DNA of 64,000 nt from an uncultured virus (IMG/VR IMGVR_UViG_3300031857_015429) (lineage: Duplodnaviria; Heunggongvirae; Uroviricota; Caudoviricetes). The DNA lies in IMG/VR virus record IMGVR_UViG_3300031857_015429, positions 1 through 64,000 of that record. One strand, given 5' to 3'. Under the pieces are notes generated by a model, which ran no database searches, was not told where the DNA came from, and was given only the letters and a program-made list of their open reading frames with translations. Both the position numbers and the translations under genes were made by a program. This document shows, piece by piece, positions 1 to 9,593 of the stretch (positions are counted from its first letter, which is position 1; each line of letters opens with the position of its first letter).

Positions 1-22
1 AAATAGTTAACCCCAAAAAATT

Positions 23-208
23 TTACTCTTTTGGGGTACTATCTTCAACTAATTTGTTTATCAGGTATTTTCTCATATATGTCGGAATTTTTAGAAAATC
101 CGAATATGAAATATGTAGGAGTTTTGCTAAATAATAAAATTCGTCAATTAAAATTTTATTATATTCAGAAGAAAGGACGAAAAAATTCCACCCCAAAGGC
201 AATATCAA
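23..208 (-). CDS. Short ORF, probable frameshift extension of the upstream tail/baseplate assembly chaperone (T4 gp51-like or lambda gpT-like role)
   Basis: Overlaps the 3' end of 165..923 in the +1 frame. Has only a TTG start buried in that gene. Helical EFYYLAKLLHISYSDFLKIPTYMRKYLI segment resembles short chaperone C-terminal extensions. Confidence 0.5.
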   Translation of the reverse strand: MILPLGWNFFVLSSEYNKILIDEFYYLAKLLHISYSDFLKIPTYMRKYLINKLVEDSTPKE

Positions 209-923
209 ATATTACCTCTTCTCCTGACGGGGCGATTGTTCTTCTAGATAAATCTAATGAAGGTTGATTTTCTCTCATAAACGTTCTGATTTCTTTTGAA
301 TCAACAATAGGTAATGTTTCAACAAATTGTGAAATAAAATTTCTATCTTCATTCCCGTCAACTGAATGTATTAATTTATTTAATCTCCATGTTATCTTTG
401 GAGCGATTCTACCTACAGGATATTGGTCCGCCATTCTTTCTAATTCTAAGGAATCGTGGAAAGTTAATGGTCTTAATTTAAGGGTGTTACCTGAACGTGG
501 TAATATCATTGTGTATAAACCATCAGAATCGGGTTGAACTTTTGGTTGTCTAATTGTGATTTCATCTAAAATTTCAGTATGTTCAAAAACTTTATTTGTT
601 TTAGGGTCAATTAATCTCATACCATATTCAGGTCCGAATGAAGTGTTTCTTAAATAAATAAGAATTGCTTCCACATCACCCTCAACCAATTCTTCAGGTC
701 TTAAATCATGTTCATAAACTTTATTTCTTAATAATGTCATTATAATATTTTCTCTACCACTTTGAGATGAACCAATTAAATAGTTCTCATCAGATGCTGT
801 CAAATACCCAACTTTGATAGATTTTTTCTTTGACTTATAAAAAATACCCCCACTAGGTAATGATACGATATCGTGTGGTAAATTAAAATTTTGTTGTCCC
901 GCTTCAAAAACATTTTGTTCCAT
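165..923 (-). CDS. Baseplate hub / tail assembly chaperone (T4 gp26-like)
   Basis: LPSGGIFY, LTASDENYL, GDVEAILIYLRNTSFG motifs and C-terminal ...EFFRPFF; directly downstream of the tail tube gene. Confidence 0.6.
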   Translation of the reverse strand: MEQNVFEAGQQNFNLPHDIVSLPSGGIFYKSKKKSIKVGYLTASDENYLIGSSQSGRENIIMTLLRNKVYEHDLRPEELVEGDVEAILIYLRNTSFGPEYGMRLIDPKTNKVFEHTEILDEITIRQPKVQPDSDGLYTMILPRSGNTLKLRPLTFHDSLELERMADQYPVGRIAPKITWRLNKLIHSVDGNEDRNFISQFVETLPIVDSKEIRTFMRENQPSLDLSRRTIAPSGEEVIFDIAFGVEFFRPFF

Positions 924-972
924 ATTATTTACTTTTTATTTTAAATATAGTATGGAAGTATTTTTAATAAAC

Positions 973-1004
973 AAAAAATCCACGCAATAACTATTACGTG
1001 GATT
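973..1004 (-). terminator. Rho-independent terminator after the tail tube gene
   Basis: Inverted repeat AATCCACGcAATA / TATTaCGTGGATT followed by a T-run on the minus strand. Confidence 0.65.
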
Positions 1005-1025
1005 AATAAAATATATTTTTTTATT

Positions 1026-1514
1026 TTAGTATACCAATATACAACGGTCAGGTCTCAAAGTTGCCGTGATGTCAGCAATTGCGTCACTGTTATAAGCCAA
1101 TGAACCAAAGTCAACATTCATTAACCAAGCACCTTCTAATATCCATTTCTCTACAACAACTCCTGTTGGGTCTAACATTTCCAAGTCAACATTTTTCTTA
1201 TAACCAGCAGCATAACCCATACGACCTGTTACAGATTCTGCACATAAACGAACCCATTCCATTAAAGCTTGAGATGCTGAAGGACCAATAGGGTCTCTAA
1301 ATTTAACACTTATCTCACCCCAAGTAAAACGACCAGCAACATATGTAGAAGTGTTTAAGAATTGAATCTCCGTAGAAGCTATCGTTAATTTAGGTCTTGA
1401 TGCTGTTTCAACAAACCACTCGTTAATCCCCAAAGTAGAAGGAAATCTCAAAATAAACCTGTTCTGTCTCTTCGGTTCGTAAGGTATTGGCATTCTCATT
1501 AATAAATCAGCCAT
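1026..1514 (-). CDS. Tail tube protein (T4 gp19-like)
   Basis: 162 aa; YEPKRQNRF, TYVAGRFTWGEISVKFRD, GYKKNVDLEMLDPTGVVVEKWILEGAW; lies downstream of the sheath gene. Confidence 0.85.
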   Translation of the reverse strand: MADLLMRMPIPYEPKRQNRFILRFPSTLGINEWFVETASRPKLTIASTEIQFLNTSTYVAGRFTWGEISVKFRDPIGPSASQALMEWVRLCAESVTGRMGYAAGYKKNVDLEMLDPTGVVVEKWILEGAWLMNVDFGSLAYNSDAIADITATLRPDRCILVY

Positions 1515-1670
1515 ATCATTTTAATTTAATTTTCGTTTATTTTTTTATTATAAATATCACTTGAAAAATTTTTCTATTTACTTTCAGATTTTTTAAAATT
1601 ATCATTCCAGTATAACAGTCATTTCTAGTTTTAATTATTATTTATTTTTACTTTTATATTAATAAATATA

Positions 1671-2492
1671 TTAATAAGGTTTTTTAATTCCTCCATGCGT
1701 TGAAATTGTTTTAATAATGTTTTCTGGGTCATCCCCAAAATGTGATTTTACTTTTTCTAAATTCCTTAAATCATCGTCGGAGAATCCTATTTGTGGAACA
1801 AAGTTGTTGCTAATCTCATTTTTAAGGTAAGCCTTCTTGTTTAAGAATTTTGACATCCTTTTTACATAATTAACAAATTCTGTCAGTGCATCAATTTTAC
1901 CTTGTTCAGGGTTAGTTGCGGAACCACTTCCATATGTTACAGGATAAAATTTACATAAATCAAGATATTCTTGAATCATTTCTTTTTTTGATAACGGTTC
2001 GTCACCCGCCAAATCTCTATACTTTTCTAAATTCTTAACTAGTTCATTTGAATCAATTCCTTTATGGTTACTAACAATGAAGTTGTACACCGCATTTTTA
2101 ATAACTGAAGGGGTGTGTCCTCTAGCTGTAACAATAGAAAAAATTGACCCGTTATTAATTGCCTCAACAAAATCAGGCCAAGCTGGACCTAATTTAGCTA
2201 ACATAGAATCAACTATAAAATTTTTATCGCCCTCTACGGTAAAATATCTAAAAGGATTTGATGCAAACCCCACTACAGTGTGACCATTATATTCAAAATC
2301 TTCTTTTTTATCTAACATACCTCTATAGTGTGCAAAATCTTCAGTACTCATTGGTACCTCCTCACCATCTTTATCTTTTAAAATAATTTTGGTTGGCATT
2401 TCTAAAATATTATCGTCCCAATCAAAAGCATAATACTTCATATCAGGAGTTCCCTCCTCATCAAAACCTTCAAAAATTTTTCTTTTTCTCAT
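1671..2492 (-). CDS. HAD-superfamily phosphatase-like protein
   Basis: Motif I YAFDWDDN (DxD), motif II IVTARGH, conserved Lys (GKIDAL), motif IV GFSDDD. Confidence 0.6.
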   Translation of the reverse strand: MRKRKIFEGFDEEGTPDMKYYAFDWDDNILEMPTKIILKDKDGEEVPMSTEDFAHYRGMLDKKEDFEYNGHTVVGFASNPFRYFTVEGDKNFIVDSMLAKLGPAWPDFVEAINNGSIFSIVTARGHTPSVIKNAVYNFIVSNHKGIDSNELVKNLEKYRDLAGDEPLSKKEMIQEYLDLCKFYPVTYGSGSATNPEQGKIDALTEFVNYVKRMSKFLNKKAYLKNEISNNFVPQIGFSDDDLRNLEKVKSHFGDDPENIIKTISTHGGIKKPY

Positions 2493-2512
2493 TTGTTTTC
2501 TTTTATATATAA

Positions 2513-2544
2513 ATAAGCCGACACTTAAAAAAATGTCGGCTTAT
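2513..2544 (-). terminator. Hairpin terminator after the tail sheath gene
   Basis: Perfect 11-bp inverted repeat ATAAGCCGACA / TGTCGGCTTAT just downstream of the sheath stop codon. Confidence 0.6.
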
Positions 2545-2557
2545 CTTATTTCTTATT

Positions 2558-5500
2558 TTAGATATTCTCAAACGAAGCCCCCGTTGGTGTTATATAGAAT
2601 GTTATATCTATAAACTCTAACGATTTGGTTGGTTTGATGTAGATTTTACCTGTCATTTGGTTTCTATCTAAATCAGCCGCATCTGATGATACTGTTACAC
2701 GGAAGTCGTAAAGACCTCTATCTCTTCTGATACCATCTAAGATTGGGTTCACCGCATTTAAGAAATCTTGTCTTACTTTTTGGTCGTTTTGTTCAAACAA
2801 CAATCTTACTGAAACTGCTGAAATCAACTTACGAGCTTGTAGTAACAATCTTCTTACATTAATTCTATCTAATGCCGACTCTCTGATTTGAAGTGTTTTA
2901 TTACCCCAAATAACTGTACCAACATCTGAGAAAGTTGCGATTGGGTTAATTCTACCTTTGTAAAGAGTATCTCTATCTTCTTGAGTTAACTTCTTACGAG
3001 CCTTAATTGAACTAACAATACCACGAGTGTAACCCGCCGCAGCGAACCAAGGGAATGCGATGTTATCTGTCAACGCTAAGTTTTTAGTTACCTCACCTGT
3101 TGGTGGTAAGTAGATTTGTGTATTATTAACAGTATCTCTAACCAAAATCCAAGGGTAATAAGTTGCCGTGTAGTTAGAATCTAAACCAGCCGTCTCCAAA
3201 TTATCAACCGCTTCTTGAGGGTAAATTAAATCAGTAGGGTCACCTAACGAAGGTGTAAACATATTGTAATCAGGTGTTGTTGTGATGTAAACTGAATCCG
3301 CTCTATCAAACTCAATCATCTCAATAGCACTTCCAACCAAATCAGAATTATTCACATAGTCAATTCCTGGTGTTACAAATACATTTATATTAACCGCTTC
3401 AGGATTAGAGAAAGTTTGGATACCTAATAAGTAAGCGTAGTAGTCAGTATTTGCATAATCAACATTATTATCACCAACTGTTATTTGTTTGAATGCTCCC
3501 CATCCTGTTGCCGTAGGGTATTTAAGTGTTGGACAAGAACCCTTCAAGTATCCACTTCTACCTAAAACAAATCTATCACCATTAGTTCTGTATTCTCTAT
3601 ATATATCCCATCCATCAAAACCACCTTGAGCTAATAATGTGAATTTTCTAGCAAATAATCTGTAATATGGATTAGATTCATTATCAGGGTCCGATGTAAA
3701 TTCTGCGTCACCACAAATAAACGCTGGTGTACCACTTGTTACAAATGTATTTGGTATTGTAATACCGCTAGCATTTTTATCCATATGGAAACCTCTCGTC
3801 ATATAAGCCCAATCAGCTCCTGTTACAGCGTCACATATATTATTTGGTAATTGTTTACCTTTGTATGAATAAATGTCAGAATCAATACCAATAGTATCAG
3901 AAATACCTAAGTAAGTTCTTCTAATATTATCACCAGGACTTGTAGTTACCGCATTTGCACCTGTGGATAAACCAAATGGTGGGTCAAACACCACTTCACC
4001 AGGATAGTCGTATTTATTTTTAATTAAACTAAATGGTGAACGAGCCCCCGCATATTCTCTTGTAGAGAAACCTTTAAACCCACAAGGTAAAGCATCAATC
4101 GGGGCGTCCTCATTAAGTTCTACCATAACATATTTAGAGTTCAATTGGTACTCACCATCAGACGTTCCTATTTTTTTAGCTATATAATTGTTGTCACTTG
4201 GGTTCATATTACAATTAGTGAATTTTTCAATTACAACAGGATTATTATCAGTATCAAAATAATCTCTAATCAATACATCAAATGTTCCATTATTAAATGA
4301 GATGTTAGCTATTGAAATTTTAACCTCAGTGTTAGCAGAGTCCCCATCAGAAATAGTTGTAAATTTAAATAAATCATAAACTTTAGAACCTCTCAATTCA
4401 GACACAACCCAAGGAGATGTCGGTGATTGATATTTTTCTAAATAGAACGCTATTGATGTTGGGTCAACACCTTGTCTAGCATCAGGTAATGAAACCAATT
4501 CACAATTTAAACCTCTAATATATCCTTTTCTATAAGCGTAAACTAATAGATTAGGGAAGTTTTCCTCAACAAATACAGGTACTGAATCTTTATCTTTACC
4601 AAAGTTAGATTTACCAAATACTTTAGTTAAGTACTTTGAATCAGATGTTGACAATGAAGTTTCAAAGAATAGAGTTTCACCATCAATTTTAGTTACATTT
4701 AAACCAAATGTTGAGAATGGGTTTTTAGTAACTCCAGAATAACCTCCTGTACAAACCATTTCAACATCAGTCAAACCTGAAACTTCATAAACCGCTCCAT
4801 TGTCATTAGAACCATAAGTTGCTAGCCCTCTTGAACGCATCGTCGCAATAACTAAATCATCATAATCAGTGTAAGCAGTTCCTGAATAAACATATATTCT
4901 ACCAACTAAAGTACCCGTGTAACAATTAACAGGTGCCGCAGTTGTTGTTGTAGTTGTTGTTGTAGGTACAGGTGTAACACAAGGATTAGTTGTTGTTGTA
5001 GTTGTTGTAGGTGCTATTGTTGTAGTTGTTGTTACAGGTATTAAAGTTAAATCAGTAACAATTGACCAAAACGAATAACCTGTATATGCTCCTGAACCAA
5101 CATTATCAAATAATGCGTAATACCAAGAATCATTTTGAGGTGCCGTATAATCAGCGGTTAATGAATCAACACCGTCAACATCAAATACATTAGTTTCACC
5201 TGTAAATGCAGTTAAACCTGAATAATCTGAATAAGGTATTGTACCATAATAATTAATAGAACTCAACTCAGTTGATGGTTCATTTAAAATGTTAAATATT
5301 TGAAGTTTAATGTCAGCATCTAAAGTTGATGTTGAGTTATCAAAATTCTCATATGGTAAATTTAATTTTACTAATATCTCATCAGGAATTTGAGTTGGGT
5401 CTAAGAATGTTATAGTGTCTGTACTATTAGTACAACCTGAGAAATCAATTGCAAAATCAATTGTTTTATAATCAACACATTCTGTAACACAATCAATAGT

Positions 5501-5887
5501 TGTAGCACTTTCACAAAAGAAATCAACTGTTGATTTATCAACATTTGCCTTAGTTAATATTGACCAAGAAGGTCCCGCATCATACCCCGATAATCCTAAC
5601 ACTCTTGTAACGAATAATTGGTTAGATTGTTGTAAATAAGATTTAGCAATGTAAGATGCTTCATATTTCGGTATTTGTGTGTTAACAAATTTTTCAGGTG
5701 ATGTTCCACCGAAATAGGTTGTAAACTCATCAAAATTAGTGATAAAAATAGGTTCAAAAGCTGGACCTTTTAAAGTTTCACCTACAACACCTAATGTAGT
5801 AACACCAACACTTTGAGCTACAAAACTCAAATCAACCTCGGATGTATAAACCCCAGGTGATACGAATACTTTACTGTTTGTCGCCAT
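2558..5887 (-). CDS. Contractile tail sheath protein (1109 aa, with insertion domains including a Thr-rich loop)
   Basis: N-terminal FVSPGVYTSEVD and GETLKGPAFEP; C-terminal PWFAAAGYTRG, RDTLYKGRINPIATF, WGNKTLQ, RINVRRLL, FEQND, IKPTKSLEFIDITF. Confidence 0.95.
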   Translation of the reverse strand: MATNSKVFVSPGVYTSEVDLSFVAQSVGVTTLGVVGETLKGPAFEPIFITNFDEFTTYFGGTSPEKFVNTQIPKYEASYIAKSYLQQSNQLFVTRVLGLSGYDAGPSWSILTKANVDKSTVDFFCESATTIDCVTECVDYKTIDFAIDFSGCTNSTDTITFLDPTQIPDEILVKLNLPYENFDNSTSTLDADIKLQIFNILNEPSTELSSINYYGTIPYSDYSGLTAFTGETNVFDVDGVDSLTADYTAPQNDSWYYALFDNVGSGAYTGYSFWSIVTDLTLIPVTTTTTIAPTTTTTTTNPCVTPVPTTTTTTTTAAPVNCYTGTLVGRIYVYSGTAYTDYDDLVIATMRSRGLATYGSNDNGAVYEVSGLTDVEMVCTGGYSGVTKNPFSTFGLNVTKIDGETLFFETSLSTSDSKYLTKVFGKSNFGKDKDSVPVFVEENFPNLLVYAYRKGYIRGLNCELVSLPDARQGVDPTSIAFYLEKYQSPTSPWVVSELRGSKVYDLFKFTTISDGDSANTEVKISIANISFNNGTFDVLIRDYFDTDNNPVVIEKFTNCNMNPSDNNYIAKKIGTSDGEYQLNSKYVMVELNEDAPIDALPCGFKGFSTREYAGARSPFSLIKNKYDYPGEVVFDPPFGLSTGANAVTTSPGDNIRRTYLGISDTIGIDSDIYSYKGKQLPNNICDAVTGADWAYMTRGFHMDKNASGITIPNTFVTSGTPAFICGDAEFTSDPDNESNPYYRLFARKFTLLAQGGFDGWDIYREYRTNGDRFVLGRSGYLKGSCPTLKYPTATGWGAFKQITVGDNNVDYANTDYYAYLLGIQTFSNPEAVNINVFVTPGIDYVNNSDLVGSAIEMIEFDRADSVYITTTPDYNMFTPSLGDPTDLIYPQEAVDNLETAGLDSNYTATYYPWILVRDTVNNTQIYLPPTGEVTKNLALTDNIAFPWFAAAGYTRGIVSSIKARKKLTQEDRDTLYKGRINPIATFSDVGTVIWGNKTLQIRESALDRINVRRLLLQARKLISAVSVRLLFEQNDQKVRQDFLNAVNPILDGIRRDRGLYDFRVTVSSDAADLDRNQMTGKIYIKPTKSLEFIDITFYITPTGASFENI

Positions 5888-6013
5888 TATTTTTTTGGTT
5901 TTTTATTTATTTATTTTTATTTTATTGATAAATATTCTGAAAAAAACCAAAGTACTTTACTTTGTGGCAAGTATTTATAAATTAGGTAGAATAAATTCTG
6001 CCTTTTTTCTACT

Positions 6014-6178
6014 ATGGAAAATGAAGGTAAAGAGATAAAGAATTTAAAGATTTCAAAAGAGGCTCATGACACTCTAAAAAAGTATTGTGAGAAACGAGGG
6101 ATTAAAATTTATAGATTTATTGAGAAACTTATAATGGAAAAATGTAAGGAGTCTAAAGATATCTACGGTGAAAATTAA
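6014..6178 (+). CDS. Small ribbon-helix-helix-like DNA-binding protein (54 aa, not in the ORF track)
   Basis: Translated by eye: MENEGKEIKNLKISKEAHDTLKKYCEKRGIKIYRFIEKLIMEKCKESKDIYGEN*. KNLKIS strand followed by two helices; divergent from the sheath gene. Confidence 0.65.
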   Translation: MENEGKEIKNLKISKEAHDTLKKYCEKRGIKIYRFIEKLIMEKCKESKDIYGEN

Positions 6179-7212
6179 AGTAATTTATTATTAAACTCTA
6201 TCGTCGCTTCTTTTGTGTCATCATTTTTAGTTATCTCAATTCGTAACCTATCGTTAGTGTTAATTTGTATTAAACTTAAATCACTACCATAATAATCGTC
6301 ATTAATATAAACATCAAAAGATTCAACATTTGAAATATTTCCGATGTTAATATCAACGGTGTAATTGAATAACTCACTCAATACATTATTACCAACCACA
6401 AATAATGCAACCGTTGATAAATTGTCAGGATTTGAATTTTCCTTTTTTCTTTTCTTACTTTTATTTTGTTCCAACTCTAAGACTTGTAACACTCTTGACA
6501 CTGCGGGAGAAACTTCAAATTCGTCTTCATCAATTAAAAATCCTAACATTGTGAATTCGTAACTTTGGACATAATATTTTCTTTTCTCAATGTCATTTAC
6601 AGATTCGTCGGTTATTCCGTTCATTATTATAGGAATATAATGACCTTTAATATTAGTATAAGCCTGTCTTGAGGCAAATTTCTCAATAACAATTTGATTA
6701 AATTTATTTAACTCCCTCATTCTGTTACAAACTATTTTGACTTGGAATGTTATATCAACGGGAACAGGTTGAGGTATTTTATATATGTCAAGTCCGTTTC
6801 TTTGTCCATCCCAAGTTGGTACCTGAGCGTAAAAAAATTGTTTTCTATTTGGTATATTATAAACGGTTGATGGGTTAGTCCCGTATTTAACTTCGGGTAC
6901 TCTAACTACAGTAATAAAAGGGGGTTCCACATTTTTGTCAATGTTTTGAATATCCCAAGTTTGTGCGAATTGAGCCCAATTTTGAGTTGTAATTAAAATA
7001 TCTATCATTGGTATTACTTTTCCAGTGACGACAGTTTTTAAATCGTTCTTAACAAACTCTAACATACCACCATCTAAATCTGCATGAAGAATTGATTTAG
7101 GAAGGTAAGTACCATCTCTATTAATTTTATCTACTAACTCTTGTCTTCTCGGTAAAAGAGTTTTTTGTTCAGTTAGTGGAATGTCTTTTTTTATTTTTTT
7201 TGGTAAAGCCAT
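6175..7212 (-). CDS. Tail completion/terminator protein (T4 gp15-like)
   Basis: PQPVPVDITFQVKIVCNRMRELNKFNQ motif; located between the neck and sheath genes. Confidence 0.55.
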   Translation of the reverse strand: MALPKKIKKDIPLTEQKTLLPRRQELVDKINRDGTYLPKSILHADLDGGMLEFVKNDLKTVVTGKVIPMIDILITTQNWAQFAQTWDIQNIDKNVEPPFITVVRVPEVKYGTNPSTVYNIPNRKQFFYAQVPTWDGQRNGLDIYKIPQPVPVDITFQVKIVCNRMRELNKFNQIVIEKFASRQAYTNIKGHYIPIIMNGITDESVNDIEKRKYYVQSYEFTMLGFLIDEDEFEVSPAVSRVLQVLELEQNKSKKRKKENSNPDNLSTVALFVVGNNVLSELFNYTVDINIGNISNVESFDVYINDDYYGSDLSLIQINTNDRLRIEITKNDDTKEATIEFNNKLL

Positions 7213-7216
7213 TTAA

Positions 7217-7732
7217 TTATAATCCGTTAAATTCATTTGGTCCAACAGGAGACGCAATAATAGTTTTATAAAATGGTTTATAACCACCATATGTGTGTTT
7301 GTTGTCAGAAACAACACGACCATCATTATTAACCGTGTAATATCTAACTCGTGTTTCAGTTTCGTAATAAGCTATATAATCACCAAATTCAATATCAATA
7401 CCTAATTCATCCAAATGTGATTGATAAACCGATACTCTAATATTACCAGGTTCAAATTGTTCTATTTTAGAATTACCCACATTTTTATTTTCAGGAGCCA
7501 TAACCTGTACAAATGCTTTAAATTCTATAGGAGGTAAAAATTTGATACCATCACTAACAGTCTCACCATACACATCATCTGTGACAGTTTTTTTACGGTC
7601 AATTCTATATAATACCAATGTAAAATTCATATCTCCGTGTAACCATTCTTCACCCATAGAGATATCCAAATTAAAATCTTCAGCACCAAAGAATTTACCT
7701 AATCTTGTTATTGGAACTTTATTTTCTGACAT
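7217..7732 (-). CDS. Neck / head-closure protein (T4 gp14-like)
   Basis: LYRIDRKKTVTDDVYGE and IEFGDYI motifs; upstream of the tail terminator gene. Confidence 0.55.
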   Translation of the reverse strand: MSENKVPITRLGKFFGAEDFNLDISMGEEWLHGDMNFTLVLYRIDRKKTVTDDVYGETVSDGIKFLPPIEFKAFVQVMAPENKNVGNSKIEQFEPGNIRVSVYQSHLDELGIDIEFGDYIAYYETETRVRYYTVNNDGRVVSDNKHTYGGYKPFYKTIIASPVGPNEFNGL

Positions 7733-7733
7733 A

Positions 7734-7762
7734 TTGATAAATATCCTAATTATGATTATTAT
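7734..7762 (+). promoter_or_regulatory. Putative sigma70-type promoter of the helicase gene
   Basis: TTGATA-N17-TATTAT about 20 nt upstream of the TTG start at 7782. Confidence 0.4.
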
Positions 7763-7781
7763 TTATAATTAAACTTTAGTT

Positions 7782-9551
7782 TTGGAAAATAACGAAATAA
7801 AAAGTAATTTTGAAGTTGTTGAAAGAAAGGCTCTTAATATATTGGAAGAATATCAAGGGTCAAATAACTTTTTGATAAATTTAAAGAATAAGTTCTTAAC
7901 GAATAAGAGCTTTGTTCCTACACGCTCACAATCAGATTATATTATAAACTATTCAGGTGTTAATCCTAAAGTCGCCAAAAAATGGGTTGACCTTGACCCT
8001 TATTTTGCTAAAAAAATATCTGATGAAAAACTATATACAACCATACCTGAAAAAATATGGGTTGAGAAATTATTGGTTGAGAAAGACAAGGCTTATCATA
8101 TTTGGGGTAAGGTGTTTGAATCTGAACAACTTCATGACTTTTGGTTACCTAAAAGTGCCATAATAAAAACTCACACCACTGAAAAAGTTGAGATTGATTA
8201 TTCTAAATACGAACATAGACCCCCATTATCACATCAGAAAGAATCTATTGAGAAATTGGTAGGTACTAAAAGATTTATCTTAGCGGATGATATGGGATTA
8301 GGTAAGACCACATCAACAATTATTGCCGCTTTAGAAACAGGAGCAAAAAGAGTTTTGATTATATGTCCTGCATCGTTAAAAATAAATTGGCAAAGAGAAA
8401 TTGCAAACTATACTGACAGAAGTGTTTATATTGCTGAAGGTAAAAACTTTTCATTAGAACATGATTTCCTGATAATTAATTATGATATACTAAAGAACTT
8501 CCACGAATTAAAATCAAAAGAAGAAACATTAATATCTCAATTTAATCCTGAACTAATCATCATTGATGAGGCTCACTACATTCAAAATGGTCAGGCTCAA
8601 AGGACCAAACTTGTAAATAATTTTGCATCAAAAACAAAATATCTTTGGTTGTTAACGGGAACACCAATGACATCACGACCAATGAATTATTATAATTTAT
8701 TAAACTTAATTGAAAGTCCCGTTGCTCAGAATTGGATGGCTTACGCAATTAGATATTGTCAGGGGTATCAATTTAATGCAGGTAAAAGAAAAGTATGGAA
8801 TACATCAGGAGCATCCAACTTAGAGGAATTAAGGGATAGAACATCAAGACAATTTTTAAGGAGATTAAAAACTGATGTGTTAGATTTACCTGACAAGATA
8901 ATCACACCAGTATATCTAAGACTCAAATCAAAAAACTACGAAGGTTTAATGGGTGAGTATTATAATTGGTATGAAAATAAAAAAGAAGAATCTTCATCAT
9001 TAACGATTCAATTTAGTAAGTTGATGAAGGTTAGACAAGTAATTGCCGAAGAAAAAATAAATACCACAATAGAATTAGCTCAAAGTATTATTGACCAAGA
9101 TAAAAAGGTCATCATATTTACAAACTTTACAGACACACTACAAAAAATTTATCAACACTTTGGTAAACAAGCGGTTTATTTAGATGGGTCATGTAGTAAA
9201 CCTCATCGCCAAAATGCCGTTGACCAATTCCAAGAGAACGATAAAATCAAAGTATTTGTTGGGAACCTTAAAGCCGCGGGTGTCGGAATTACTCTCACCG
9301 CTGGTGAGGCATGTATTATGAATGACTTATCATTTGTTCCATCAGACCACCAACAAGCAGAGGACCGAGCTTATAGATTCGGTCAAAAGAATAGTGTGTC
9401 AATTTATTATCCTATATTTGAAAACTCTATTGAGGGAGCAATATATGATATTTTATCAAATAAGAAAAATGTGATTGATACCGTAATGGGAGATAATATT
9501 GATAAGAGTGATGTTGTACAAGAAATAATGAATCGTATACATTCTAAGTGA
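7782..9551 (+). CDS. SNF2-family (SMARCAL1/HARP-like) helicase/ATPase
   Basis: ILADDMGLGKT, ICPASLKINW, IIDEAH, LTGTP, AAGVGITLT, QAEDRAYRFGQ. Confidence 0.95.
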   Translation: MENNEIKSNFEVVERKALNILEEYQGSNNFLINLKNKFLTNKSFVPTRSQSDYIINYSGVNPKVAKKWVDLDPYFAKKISDEKLYTTIPEKIWVEKLLVEKDKAYHIWGKVFESEQLHDFWLPKSAIIKTHTTEKVEIDYSKYEHRPPLSHQKESIEKLVGTKRFILADDMGLGKTTSTIIAALETGAKRVLIICPASLKINWQREIANYTDRSVYIAEGKNFSLEHDFLIINYDILKNFHELKSKEETLISQFNPELIIIDEAHYIQNGQAQRTKLVNNFASKTKYLWLLTGTPMTSRPMNYYNLLNLIESPVAQNWMAYAIRYCQGYQFNAGKRKVWNTSGASNLEELRDRTSRQFLRRLKTDVLDLPDKIITPVYLRLKSKNYEGLMGEYYNWYENKKEESSSLTIQFSKLMKVRQVIAEEKINTTIELAQSIIDQDKKVIIFTNFTDTLQKIYQHFGKQAVYLDGSCSKPHRQNAVDQFQENDKIKVFVGNLKAAGVGITLTAGEACIMNDLSFVPSDHQQAEDRAYRFGQKNSVSIYYPIFENSIEGAIYDILSNKKNVIDTVMGDNIDKSDVVQEIMNRIHSK

Positions 9552-9593
9552 TATTTTGAGGTTTCGGCTTATTTATAGTAATATATTAAGAAT

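Noticed and set aside
1515..1670. AT-rich intergenic gap as a possible ncRNA, tRNA or origin
   Set aside because: No cloverleaf, stable structure or iterons visible; adequately explained as a promoter region.
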